Counted from the first letter of the stretch, positions 37,229 to 49,194 are shown. The stretch: 64,000 nt of DNA from Schizochytrium sp. TIO01 (GCA_004764695.1 SMSO01000025.1:806001-870000), one strand, 5' to 3'. The notes: generated by a model not told the origin, from the letters alone. A program made the numbers and translations.

Positions 37229-38599
37229 ATGTCAAACTCAGGCGCCTTGAATACTGGAGAAGATCAAGATCACCTTGCGTTTATTGCCATGAACGATAAT
37301 CGTGACGGTGAGCGTCGCCATGGCAGTTCTGGTGCCACCTCTGCCTCTGCTGTGAGTCCACCCATTCTGAGCAGTGCGTTCGCATCAAGAAGTCTGTCAC
37401 GGAGAGATTCGGATGTTCCTACTGCACGTGTGGCTGATCCTTTATTGAATGGTCACGAGGACGATGACAGCCTTCTTGCCTCTGTCGCAGAGCCTCTTCT
37501 TACTGTTCAAGAAAGTAAGAAACTTAGTAAAAGTGGTGGGCACGCAAGCGCAGCAAGTAAAAATGAGGTGCCAAGACTTGGACAAACAGACTCTTCGCAA
37601 TTGCGAGACACGTCCTTGGCTCATGGGTTTGTGGATAATGGCTCCGAAAGGGATGTAGAAGCCAGGCTTGTGGACCCTCCTGTAGAGGTGGCATCATATG
37701 GGATTCCAATGGCGAGTTCGACTTGGGAACCTGAGGTTGTGCAATACACTCGTCCAGGACGGCACCTTGTATCACTATTTCTCACAATTGGCACAGCGCT
37801 CATGGCGATCGGCTGCCTGGTCACAATAGAAGCGCCTCAAGACGAGAAAGAACCGTGGCAGATTGCCCTAGTTGTATTCGGAGCCTTGTATCTTATTGAA
37901 GCCTTTATTGCACCTTTTCTCACTCGTTCAACGCTAAAATTTCTCTGCAATATGGAACATACCGGAATGTATGACTTTGAACACAATTTTTTTGTCACCT
38001 TGCGTCAGATGCCACCGAGATTATGTATGCATATCGAATGCTATCATTATGAGACCAGAACCAGGGTTGTTCGAGAGGCTTACAAGGACTCTCATGGCAA
38101 CACACATCACAGGGATAAATTTGAGTCGTATCAAGAAAGGGTGGTGACATACAGGAAATCTGAAGATAAAAAGTATGCTAGCTGGATAGATTTGAGTGGT
38201 CCGGGGCCGAGACTCAGTGATGTGGATCCAAAATATGTAGGAATTCTTGTTCACGTTGAAAAACATGTTGAACCTGCTGATGAGGCAACGGAGGCAGACC
38301 TGGCACAGCAGGCCCGGACTTTCCAAGAGAACTACCGTCTTTATGACACGCATTTTGACTACAGCGAGAGCGTTGAGCTTCAGGACTACCGTCCCACGAT
38401 ATTTCTTCACGATGCAGAGCGTACGCCTTGGTATATTGGACCTTGGACTTATATTTTTGCTACTCTGTGCTTGTGTTCATGGCCTTATCGTGTTTATCTG
38501 CAACGCCATGTGATGGAAGGGCATTTCAAGGTTCGATCCCGCATCTCTGTCTTCAGGGATGCCTTTATGCCAGTTAGAGACGCAACCATTCAAGAGTAA
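37229..38599 (+). CDS. TMEM151-family membrane protein
   Basis: Two N-terminal TMs, then MHIECYHYETRTR, ERVVTY, WIDLSG and C-terminal SWPYRVYL, matching the TMEM151 pattern. Confidence 0.75.
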   Translation: MSNSGALNTGEDQDHLAFIAMNDNRDGERRHGSSGATSASAVSPPILSSAFASRSLSRRDSDVPTARVADPLLNGHEDDDSLLASVAEPLLTVQESKKLSKSGGHASAASKNEVPRLGQTDSSQLRDTSLAHGFVDNGSERDVEARLVDPPVEVASYGIPMASSTWEPEVVQYTRPGRHLVSLFLTIGTALMAIGCLVTIEAPQDEKEPWQIALVVFGALYLIEAFIAPFLTRSTLKFLCNMEHTGMYDFEHNFFVTLRQMPPRLCMHIECYHYETRTRVVREAYKDSHGNTHHRDKFESYQERVVTYRKSEDKKYASWIDLSGPGPRLSDVDPKYVGILVHVEKHVEPADEATEADLAQQARTFQENYRLYDTHFDYSESVELQDYRPTIFLHDAERTPWYIGPWTYIFATLCLCSWPYRVYLQRHVMEGHFKVRSRISVFRDAFMPVRDATIQE

Positions 38600-39151
38600 C
38601 CCACCCATCACTTAAAAGCCATGAATCACCAGCCACAGTAATTGTTCTTTTATTTTGAAATCCATTCTAACCTTTTTTATGCAAATTCTAGAGTAACTAA
38701 AAACATTTAAATGCAGTGCTACCCAATTGTAATACATTTATTTTACTCTCCTTTTAGGGCAGGAAAGTTAAGCTCACCTCCTCAACCAAAAACCCAGCAC
38801 AAAGTTCCAATAGCTTGCATGCTATATGGATTGTGATTTGCGCCCCTGTTTTCTTTTTCTTTCATTTCTTAGGACAAGACATAGCCCTACATAGCTCCTG
38901 GCACATGTTTGTAGGAGTTCTTATTTGTTCATTAGTTAGACCTAATTTCGTCTTAGTACACACCTAATCAAGACGAATTGAGAACATCATAGATTAGTTC
39001 GCCAATCCTCATCCTTGTCGATGCTTTCGCTTCGAGGAACTCGAGAAAAGACATCCTTCATTCTAAACTTTACATATCCCGGGCAAAGTTATTGCGTTTG
39101 CAGCGTGAGACCAGGACTTGGATCTCCCTCTGCGCGTGGGACACTCACGCC

Positions 39152-40015
39152 ATGCGAGGTCAACCAGAGCGAGATCCCAACGAGACCGAAGAGTTTGTTG
39201 CTATTCGTGTGTTCCCAAGCTTGCTAGAGGCGAGGCAGTCAGGTGCAAACAAATGCGAAATCTTTGTAGAGGATGAGCAACTCCGTGCCAAGCGAGCAAG
39301 TGCAATTCTTGCGAAGGAGAAACGAAGAGGAGCTATTGCCAGACATCGACAGGTGCTGTCTGGATTCAGACCGACCACAGAGCTGACATGTCTGGCAGAC
39401 TTGCGCGAACAAATAAAACGCCGTAACACTAAAGTCAAGGCTTCGCGAAAGAAGGCAGAGGATATTCGTTCTGCAGCTTTTGTGCATCAACAGGGAACTC
39501 CATTTCGCCCTTGCAATCCGATCGAAGCTAGAGAGACCCTCGCTGCTCCACTTGGAGGCCTCGCGAAAAATCCGTATGGGCGAGATATAAGTTTTCCAAG
39601 TGGCACCAATAATTATGACCCTGCAGCAGGTCCCGGTACCGACGTGCTGCGCCCATCAAGGCCCTCGAGCGGTCAGCCTCGTCGATGGCTACCCCCATCA
39701 TCCCGAGTGACAGAACGCAAGGACGTTTTCTTGAATGCTCCAGACAGCGAGTCCGCTTTGAGGGATCGGAAACGTATTGAGCGTCTTCGCTCACGTATGC
39801 TCGTGGAATTTATGGACAAACTCATGGTGCGTAATGCGTCAGAACGCACGAACACATTGATCGGTTACTTAGCACGCGTGGAGGCTCGCATGATCAGAGA
39901 CCAGCAAGCTCGCGCACTAGAGCAAGCAAGAGCAAGAGCAGAGGCAAATTCAATCAAGGCAGGCTTACGCCGAAACTATAGATCAAGGCACGACGAGCGA
40001 ACTGAAGTACAATGA
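39152..40015 (+). CDS. Hypothetical basic coiled-coil protein
   Basis: ~287-aa ORF from the ATG at 39152, R/E/A-rich helical segments, no recognised domain. Confidence 0.65.
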   Translation: MRGQPERDPNETEEFVAIRVFPSLLEARQSGANKCEIFVEDEQLRAKRASAILAKEKRRGAIARHRQVLSGFRPTTELTCLADLREQIKRRNTKVKASRKKAEDIRSAAFVHQQGTPFRPCNPIEARETLAAPLGGLAKNPYGRDISFPSGTNNYDPAAGPGTDVLRPSRPSSGQPRRWLPPSSRVTERKDVFLNAPDSESALRDRKRIERLRSRMLVEFMDKLMVRNASERTNTLIGYLARVEARMIRDQQARALEQARARAEANSIKAGLRRNYRSRHDERTEVQ

Positions 40016-40143
40016 CGATTTAGGTTCTTTTTCTGTTTTCTTGTTTACTAAGCTTTTGGCTGGATCAATCTTGTTCACCTACAGGGCGAGAGAGCTCGCA
40101 GCGAAACAGGCACGGGGTGCCAGCTCGCCAATCTTGGGTGAGC

Positions 40144-40591
40144 TTACTGGTCCTTGGAGGCCTTGAGCTTGAGGTTGAACTTGTCCATGCGGCTGAACTC
40201 AGACTTGGCCTTCATGAGCCACATGCCAGCGCCGACTGTAGATTTAATTTTTATAAGAAAAGAAGGAAACACTTGTCAGTCATACACCATTTCGTTGTTT
40301 TTGATTCAAATAAAGAATTTCCTGCACATGCCATTGCAAGGTACATAATGGCAAGAGACAATCAAATATCTCCTAATCAGGACTTTCATGAATCTAGCTA
40401 GATCCATTCCAAATGTAGGCCCAACCATGAGTGTATCCTATATTTCAGAAGGACGATAACTTACCAGAGGCGATGACAAGGCCAGCGGCGATCTCGTTCA
40501 CGAGCTTGGGCTTGGCGGGCTCAGCAGCAGCAGTGGCAAAGCCGCGGGCACCAGCCACGCGGGGGGCGACACGGGTCACAAGAGAGTTCAT
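40144..40591 (-). CDS. Small mitochondrial single-TM protein, cytochrome c oxidase subunit 5c/6C-like (two exons: 40591-40465 and 40235-40144; 72 aa)
   Basis: G|GTAAGT donor and ctacag| acceptor give MNSLVTRVAPRVAGARGFATAAAEPAKPKLVNEIAAGLVIASVGAGMWLMKAKSEFSRMDKFNLKLKASKDQ; presequence with RGF-A; strongly biased codon usage. Confidence 0.8.
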
Positions 40592-42492
40592 TTTTGAAGG
40601 TTATGTGAAAGGGTGTAGAAGGCAAAAGAATCTGTATTCAGACAAAAAAAAATCAGTGCGCCGCAGGAGAAGTCCATTAAACCCAATTTTGTACAAATAC
40701 GCATAAACATTCAAAACAAAGTTGTATGAGGCATTGTGATCGTTTATTGAACATGTTAGTTTTCCCTCTTCATCGCACTCAAACCTCATCGAATGAGCAG
40801 CTCAACAAATATATATAACTAGTACATATATACACATGCTTTGGCAAACACCATAATTATCCGAGGATAGAAGGCGAGCGGGCGGCATGTCTTTCAGGTC
40901 GCGCGAAAGGAGCTTGAGCGCGCGCCACAAAGACTTTCAATCATCCCCTCCTCCCCGCCTGTCGAGCACTTCTCCTCCACGGATGCTTATGGAGCTCGCG
41001 GACGCTTCGAAACGTCCGCGAAAGTATATATAGTATAATATGTAAAAGTAGATGCCTGCCTGCTCTTCATCGATCTAGACGCCCATTTCGCTCAGTGCCT
41101 GCCGCTCACTCTTTCTACAGCACCGGCAGACGTTCACAGTCATAGGCGCGTGTGGAAAGGCTCTGGCGGAGCGCAGGGGCTCCGCAAGCGCGCACATCGG
41201 CGGCGCTTCGAACGTACGCAGTGAATTCGTGATGGTTTGTTTGCTGGCGATGGCTTGGCAGGCGCAGAGCAGAAAGCCGTCAGTGCCGATTTCAGAGAGG
41301 TACACTGGAGTTTTATGTGAGGGTTACTCTTAAACATTTTGTGTGTAGTTAGAGGACATTTGTTATTTATTTTTGAAAAATCACATTAAAACATAGAAAC
41401 TTGCCCACTGTTAGCACTGTAGCTTTTAGAGGTAGTGTTATCAGAGGTAAAAAGTATCAGTGTATACAATGGAGGATCATATGGCTCGTAATTAAACTGA
41501 AGGAGAGAATAGTAGCAGAGTGAAGGGAACCCAGGGAAACGGCAGGGACTCGACGCGTGAGAGGTGTCTCGCAGCAACTCGATACTAGTAATATCAGTAG
41601 ACTAGGAAGATAGGAGTGGGCTTACCATTTGTGGTAAAGTCGCTTATAAGATTAAAAGAACGTAAAAGAAACAGAACATCTATAGAAAGTACCCTCACTT
41701 AGGCCTATCTACTAGAGCTACTACACTGGGTGTGCTAGATGCAACCCTAGCCATAGGGGTATCAAGATATCCGAAAAAACTGCTTTTTGCTCTTTTGCTT
41801 TTTGCTTTTCTTTCTTTCTTTCCTTCCTTCTTTCTTTTTTTAAATTATAAATAAATAAACAAATGAATGAAATGAAAAACATGAAGTACTAGTAGCTTGA
41901 AGTAGATTTGTATATCTATTTATTTCGAAAAGTTGGATCAATTAGGTAGGTAGATAAGTTCACAGTACGTAGATTCATAACTAAACTAGATGATCAAGAA
42001 ACAAAGAACTTATCGAAAGACAACGCATGATGATAGGCACACTGCAGCAGCGTTCCCAGCTGGCTAATGCCGGGTCTTATCATTGAGAAAGCGTGGGGCC
42101 TGAGAGTCGCAGATAAGCACTAGGTAGGTACATCAAACTATTGGTAGATGAAACAAACCACTAGGCCTTCTACCCACCTACCTATACCATCAACAACATC
42201 TTCAATTCTTACCTTGCATCCCTGAAGTGAAACGTGGATAGATAGGTAGGAAACTAGGTAGGTACGTACTTCCGTATTTTTCTGGACCAGGTACATACCT
42301 ACCTCGGTAGTACACATAGAAGCGTCTGAGACTCTTTGTAATGCAGATTATGCTGCTCTGCGCTTATGGCTTGGGGTTGCTTCAAATCCCCAAGCTCACT
42401 TTGGTTTGACATGAGCGTGGCAGCAACGAATTCTCAGAGAGTAGACGCGTCGTAATTAAGGTTCAAACTTTTCAAAACAAGGGCTTGCCAGG

Positions 42493-44562
42493 ATGGGGGC
42501 TAAAACAGCCTCCCTAGCGATCCTGAGCGCTGCCGTGGCAGGCGGAACTCTCCGATTGCTGTTATATCCCCAGTTTGTATTTGGCTTAGGTCTAATAGTT
42601 GCGAGTATGTTGATTAAGCTTTCTCGCAACCCAGCTGATGCAATCGTAGCAACTATTTGTATAATTGCGGTCGCTCTGGTCTTGTTTGTTTTCCATGATC
42701 CTCTGGTCCATGCGTTGCGACGTAGCGCGCCCAAGGTCGCCAGGTTTACAAAAGTGCAAGCTCGAAATGCACAGGAAGGCCTTACAAAAGCTGTGCAAAT
42801 TACACCCTTGTGGATTTATACCCTGCTTGGATTTGCTGTACCAGCACTGGCCCAATTCTTGGGGTCTATGAGTACTGTACGAATGCTTTCGAGCGTAGAT
42901 GTCAAACCTACAACATTACCTGGTGCAAGCTTTATTATAATGTTCTCTCTTGTGTATCTGGGTACCCTGACCCTCGGAATTTCTGAATCTTGGCTCAAAC
43001 CAAGTAAAGTCAGTTTCCTTTTGCAGTCTGTTTGGGTCATTGGCGCACTCTTCAGCTCGTCCGCGGCTGATCTTCGTTTCAATGAAAACCTCCCATCCGT
43101 TCTCGCTGGCTGGGGGGGCTTTATCATTGGGCTTACCCCGGGGGCTGCTGTTGTAGGCGCTCTGAAAACTGCAGCAGCGTCTGCTGCACTCGCAGGGGCT
43201 GGCGTGGCTATTCATATGCGGGCAATCGGATCAGCAAATCGTGTGAGTGTAGGCAGCCAAAATCCGGAAATGGTTGACTTTGAGGATGAGGTAGACCAAG
43301 TTGATCAGGCTGAGGTTGCGCAAGAAGCTGTTGAGTTAAAAGAGCTAGATAATGAGCTACACGAATTCTCGAAGGGGAGGCGACACCTTAGTGTGAATGA
43401 CGTAATCAATGAATGGAAAATGTGGGCCGACAACAACATTGCACAACTTTGGGAAACCGGAACCTCAATGTCGTTGAACAACTTACGCAAGCGGCGTGGG
43501 TCGTCTAAATCATCTAGGTCACCACGTCAAAGTTTAAAAGGGAAACAAAGTATTAATGGCAGTGAGCAAGAAGGCCAACTAGCAGATGCATCAGAAATAA
43601 TTGAGGCAGAGACTGAAGAAATCGAAGGAGATCTAAGAGAAAGTGGCCTTGATGCAAAGGACTTTGTTCCCCCGATGAAGTATGCAGCGCTGATCACATT
43701 GTTCCGAGCGACCCCTACTTGCTTGTCTTTGACTATTAGCCTAGCCTTGAGCTTATTGAGCACTGCGACAGGGAAATTTAGGGTAGGAATGCTGATGACA
43801 CCTGTAGTATTGGCTCCTTTCGCACTTGGAGAACTTATAAGTCTCAAGCGTCGCATTGGCTTATGGGACCTTGTGCAGAGCAGTGTCGCCCCTACTGGTG
43901 AAGAGTCGGAGCTCAACAAGAGTTTTGAGGATGGTGTAGCTCTTTTATTGTGGGAGTCTCCTTTTCTATTGCGTGCTTGGAAATCGTTGGTGTCCTTAAG
44001 TGAGCATGCTCAAAACCCGAGTTCTTTAGTTGAGGCTATCAAAGAGGCGCCAATACAATTTCTAGATCCAGACCAGGAAGCAATGGATATCGCCCCACCT
44101 CTGACCAAATGGATTGTTGGCAAATTATTGCTTTCAATTGTCTTGGATATAATTGGTGCTAGCTCCTATGCTATCCCTATGCTCGGTGAAATCACAGATT
44201 TTGCATATGCCCCTCTACAAGCCTACTTGGTTCACCATATGTACGGTATCTCTTGGCTTTCATGGGTGTCCATGTTTGAGGAAATTCTCCCATTTACAGA
44301 TGTGCTGCCCTCAGCAACTCTTGGATTCGTCGTGACCTATGGGCCATATTTCCCCGTGTGGTTCAAGCGAGGTATACGTATGACACAGGAATATCTACCA
44401 GCCATGCATGGATCCGGACTTTTGTGGAACTATGGGAAGCACTCTGCAGATAAGGATTACTCTTCCGAAAGAATGACGAGAAAGTCTTCTAGTGAAAGTC
44501 GAGCGTCAGAGCGCCGCTCTACATTAGACGGGGGAGCAGCAGCTTTCAACAAGGAAGATTGA
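42493..44562 (+). CDS. Multi-pass membrane hypothetical protein
   Basis: 689-aa ORF with several TM segments and a conserved-looking C-terminal module LDIIG..SY.IP.LGE..D..YAP...EEILPFTDVLPSATLG. Confidence 0.8.
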   Translation: MGAKTASLAILSAAVAGGTLRLLLYPQFVFGLGLIVASMLIKLSRNPADAIVATICIIAVALVLFVFHDPLVHALRRSAPKVARFTKVQARNAQEGLTKAVQITPLWIYTLLGFAVPALAQFLGSMSTVRMLSSVDVKPTTLPGASFIIMFSLVYLGTLTLGISESWLKPSKVSFLLQSVWVIGALFSSSAADLRFNENLPSVLAGWGGFIIGLTPGAAVVGALKTAAASAALAGAGVAIHMRAIGSANRVSVGSQNPEMVDFEDEVDQVDQAEVAQEAVELKELDNELHEFSKGRRHLSVNDVINEWKMWADNNIAQLWETGTSMSLNNLRKRRGSSKSSRSPRQSLKGKQSINGSEQEGQLADASEIIEAETEEIEGDLRESGLDAKDFVPPMKYAALITLFRATPTCLSLTISLALSLLSTATGKFRVGMLMTPVVLAPFALGELISLKRRIGLWDLVQSSVAPTGEESELNKSFEDGVALLLWESPFLLRAWKSLVSLSEHAQNPSSLVEAIKEAPIQFLDPDQEAMDIAPPLTKWIVGKLLLSIVLDIIGASSYAIPMLGEITDFAYAPLQAYLVHHMYGISWLSWVSMFEEILPFTDVLPSATLGFVVTYGPYFPVWFKRGIRMTQEYLPAMHGSGLLWNYGKHSADKDYSSERMTRKSSSESRASERRSTLDGGAAAFNKED

Positions 44563-44891
44563 ACCTACACTAGACTACATTTGTATGTGATACATCCGGA
44601 GGAAGTATTATCTTTTGATAATGTGTCATCCACAATCCACAACACTTCTTGTGGAAATGTAAAGAAGTAATTATGTAGGAAACAAAACAGCTTTCGTGAG
44701 AGTATGAGATAAAACCTGGTTCGAACAGAAGAGTCGAATCCGATGTTGCTAGTATGAATGTTTTCGTTAGGAATTGGAAGGCAAATAAATAAACTACCAA
44801 GGATCAAGTCGATTATTCTATTGTATCAATTTTAAACATGTTACATACCATATAAAATGTAGGGTTTCACACAATCATTGAACAACGATCA

Positions 44892-46736
44892 TTAGAGAAA
44901 GAGAGCTTCGTCAGACATAACATGCGGGCCATAGCCTCGTTTACGAGCCTTGCGCATATACGTCTGATTCTTGCGGTTCTCAAGAACGTATGGTTCGCGG
45001 CGCTTTACAACAGCCGCTACTTTTTGTACAGAGCCACGAACACGGGACGCGTCAACCCAAGGGTGTCGCATGACATCCTTAAGAGAGAAGCGGGTTTCGG
45101 GTGATAGGTACAACATACTGGACAACAGATCTCGCGCTTCATCCGAAATTGTGACGTCACGCTGGAGAAGATTAGGCAGTGTCCATGGAACAAGCGTGAG
45201 ATCATCCTCAGTCTGGAGATCGCCATCTGAATCGACATCACCGGGTGAACCAGAATCATCGCTAACGCGACCAAGACGCTCATAAAAGTCACGACGACGA
45301 ATCCACTCACCCTCTTCGTATGGAAGCACACCAAAAAGCATAACATGTAGGACGACGCCAAGACTGTACACATCCGCTTTGGATCCACAATAACGGCCTT
45401 TAGCAACCTCAGGAGCCTGATAGGAAAGTGTGCCGGACCTTGAGTTAACAACAAGCTTTGGCGTTTTGTAGCGGGCCACACTGCGGCTTCCGCTACCGTG
45501 CGAGTTAACACTGCCATCACTGTCAAGACTAGACATGCTATGATAACTAGCTGTTTTAGCACCCATACGCGAAATACTCGAGCTGTGGTGTAAAGATGAG
45601 AGGTTATTTAACGACATAGACTCGTGGATCCTTTGTGACTTCGCAGCGGAATCAAAATCCTGGAAGTCAGGTTCACTGGTGCTCCCTTGGCGGGTTCTAC
45701 CCTTTGAGATCGCTGCAAGAAGTTGTTCATCGTCTTCTGGATTGGGAACTACACTTCCTTCGTTTGATGTGCTTCCAGAGGATGTGTTGGTATCCATATC
45801 ATAGATACCATCTCCACCGAGGCTTAATTTAGCTGACACCAGATGCCCAGCCTCATCAAATGATGAAAGAGATAGTGACGGCATGCGTCCCATAGAGGGC
45901 GAGGAGCCGAGTTTAGAATTTGGCGGGAAAAAGTTTACAAGAGGCGACGGGGATGGAGAAGGTGAGTCAAGCGAGGCATTAGATGAATTCATGCTCTCCA
46001 AAGAGGTGAGGGAAGCAACTGTACGAATGTCATTGTAGCCTGAGGGCAAGCGACGGCGGCGTGACCGATATCCACTGGAGCTTCCACTCACGGAGCGCGC
46101 ACCAGATTGGTGCTCCGAAGCCCGAACATCAGCAGAAATAAGACGAGGCCGACGAGACTTGCCATTTCTGGAACGTGTGCGCAGTGGTTTTACAACTTCG
46201 GAGAGACCAAAGTCGGCAAGCTTAACAATGCCATTCTTTCCCATGAGAATATTTTCGGGTTTGAGATCAAGATGTACAACTCCGTGCTTGTGAAGATGTG
46301 ACAAACCCCGAACTACTTGCTGAAAAACGGCGCATGCTGTTTCTTCGTTAAACGGAATACCGGAGCTCAAATATGAAAAGAGGTCGCCACTGTCCATATA
46401 TTCCGTAACAATGACGCTAACCCTCTTTGAAATATAAGAGGACTTGGCACCGTGTTTGCTGCAAAACTCAACATCATGAAGCACGGTGACAAGGCCACTT
46501 ACATTAGGATGTCTATTCTGAGGTTCTCCAAAGTAACGCAAAATCTCCAACTCCCGCTGCACTTCGCGTGTCTTGAAGATTTTCGGATCCATAATTTTGA
46601 GGGCCACAAGCTGGCCAGTTTTGCTGTGTTTTCCACACTTCACCTTGCTGCTCATTCCCTCCCCAAGGGTCTCGCCTACCTCAAATTCCCCAAGCATACG
46701 CTTCTGTGCTCCGCTCGCCTTGAAAAGAAAATCCAT
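44892..46736 (-). CDS. Ser/Thr protein kinase (CAMK-group-like) with a large Ser-rich activation-segment insert
   Basis: LGEGMSSKV, VALK, HLDLKPEN, DFG, GTLSYQAPE and DVYSLGV. Confidence 0.92.
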   Translation of the reverse strand: MDFLFKASGAQKRMLGEFEVGETLGEGMSSKVKCGKHSKTGQLVALKIMDPKIFKTREVQRELEILRYFGEPQNRHPNVSGLVTVLHDVEFCSKHGAKSSYISKRVSVIVTEYMDSGDLFSYLSSGIPFNEETACAVFQQVVRGLSHLHKHGVVHLDLKPENILMGKNGIVKLADFGLSEVVKPLRTRSRNGKSRRPRLISADVRASEHQSGARSVSGSSSGYRSRRRRLPSGYNDIRTVASLTSLESMNSSNASLDSPSPSPSPLVNFFPPNSKLGSSPSMGRMPSLSLSSFDEAGHLVSAKLSLGGDGIYDMDTNTSSGSTSNEGSVVPNPEDDEQLLAAISKGRTRQGSTSEPDFQDFDSAAKSQRIHESMSLNNLSSLHHSSSISRMGAKTASYHSMSSLDSDGSVNSHGSGSRSVARYKTPKLVVNSRSGTLSYQAPEVAKGRYCGSKADVYSLGVVLHVMLFGVLPYEEGEWIRRRDFYERLGRVSDDSGSPGDVDSDGDLQTEDDLTLVPWTLPNLLQRDVTISDEARDLLSSMLYLSPETRFSLKDVMRHPWVDASRVRGSVQKVAAVVKRREPYVLENRKNQTYMRKARKRGYGPHVMSDEALFL

Positions 46737-48921
46737 CTTTGCTTAATCAAAAAAGCAAGGGAGAATACAAAATGGTAACAAATACACCAACAAACAGGAG
46801 CGTCTGTTTTTACCAAACCAGCGGAGCCAAACTAGGCCCGCGCTTTATTCGCGCAGGCCTTAGGCTCCGCGAACACCTCAACCTGAGTGAGATACCCCAC
46901 TCTTGGTCTATGTATTAAGTAGATGACAAAAAGCGCACGTTTACTGTCTAGCCCAGACTTGGGAATCTCTCGCAACTCTTTTGACTTTTTCGCGCCTTTG
47001 CTTTTTTACTTCAAGTGCTTCCCAGGAAACCTCGAACGGTTGAAGAGCTTGCAGGCAAGTGAAACTTCAAAGAGATAGCTGAAGATTTGCCTCGGATAGG
47101 TCGAAGAGTTCTGTCGTATCGTAAAGGCTGTGCCTCCGTCTTCTATATAACAGAGAGCCCGGCGCGAAGACGCTTACACGGAGAGGAGAAAGAAACTGAA
47201 GAGCACTTACGCAGAGCCCTACTGTTCAATCTGCAGAGAAGAGAGGGTCAAAACGCCAAGGTCCGTGACAGAAGTTCAAGACCGCTGGGAAGGATTTGCG
47301 GAATAGAGGAATAAACAAAATGAAAACAGGAGACAGACCAGACGCTCAGATGTTTGCTTTATCTCACGTACTTGTTGTCCTATGATAGCCTGACGTGGCT
47401 ACCTCCCTGGGTCGGACACCCTGCTTCTTACGCGGTGCCTGCAGAGCGTGCGCCTGCCTTCCTCAGTTGGTGAGCCACAACGACTGTTGACTGATTCAAG
47501 TTGAATGTTGTTTGTCTGACGATTTTTTGTTTCGATTCTTTATTGATTCATCACTTGTTCTTATTTGCTATCTCCTCCTCAGTCAATTCTTTATATAGGA
47601 CCTATACATTTATTATGGTCTACAGTTAAAAAAGTAAGACTAGTTCGTCTTGTTTGCTTGTTGGTTGGTTGGTTAGTTAGTTAGTTTAACTAAGTGCCCT
47701 GGCTATCAGTTGATTAGTTAGTTAGCTAGCTAGTTAGTGGCTAGGTACCACCTACCTACCTACTTACCTTACTTACCCAATAGGTTTCTCGAGTTCTGTC
47801 TTCCGCGTCGGAGAACTTGAATTCTATCGCTGCCGCTGCTGCTGCTGTTGCTGTTGCTGCTGCTGCTGCTAATGGTGGCTCTTAAGCCAGTAGCAGGGTA
47901 GACATTGTGCTGAGCGAGACGCCGCAATATAGTGAAAGCAGCAGTGAACGAGCCTTTCTTTCTGTCTTTCTGTCTTTCTGCCCTTCTGCCTTTCTTCTGC
48001 CTTTCTGTCTGCCTTTCTGTCTGTCTATCTGTCTGTCTATCTGTCAGGGAGAGAGAGAGAGAGAGAGAGACAAGAACTTTGAAAGAGAGGAAGAGCTCGA
48101 ATGAAAGAGTCTGGTCGAAGATTACACCCAAAGAACTACCTGAAGCAACTAACAATTCTTATCTTTCTTCTCAGGCCCGAATAAAAGCCAAAGAAAGAAG
48201 AAAAAGAAAAAAGAATTAAAGATTTCATCATCATCGTGATGGTACCTGGGCAGTAGGCATTCGTAGTAGACATCGAGGGCTGGCTAGGCTAGCTCTACAT
48301 TCAATAATATTACTATGTACAACTACTTCTTCAGGAATCATCACGGTTCCGGTTCTCTTCTTCTTCTTCTTCTTCTTCTTCGTCTTCTTCTTCGCCTTCT
48401 TCGTCGTCTCGTGAGTATCTTCTGCTCCTCACACGCAATGGTGAAGGCGAGCAAGAACAGCAATCAGGCAGCTACGTACGGCTCGGGCTGAAGCAACGTG
48501 AAGGGAGAGAGCGCCTTGACGGCCATGAAGATGACCTCGCGAGCGTTGCCGAGGCGCCTCCTAGGGGCTACCTACTCCTGACTAGCCTCTCTCTCTCTCT
48601 CTCTCTCTCTTCGCTCGCTCGACTCGGATTGTTAAAATCCGCGACGAAAGGCGGAAAGAGAAAGCAGAGCCAAAGCCAAAGCAGGGCTGATTCTCGAAAG
48701 CGGAGTTGGCGATGGATGGTATGGTATGGCTGGAATGCAACTAACCATCCTACTACCAGAGGTGGGGCTGTAGTCTCTGCGGCCTTGAAAGAGTTTCGAG
48801 GGGATCCTACCCACAGCCGAAGGACTTCAGCCAACGCATTCACACGTATGCAGGAACTCGGAGTGAGCCAATTTTTGATGTACCTGACGGAAAGGGAGAG
48901 AAAAGAAGGCTGGGATGGATG

Positions 48922-49194
<273 letters not shown>

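Noticed and set aside
40890-40925. CAGGTC...GAAAGGAGC resembling SRP RNA helix 8
   Set aside because: Spacing and pairing do not fit, and no Alu domain or helix 6 is visible.
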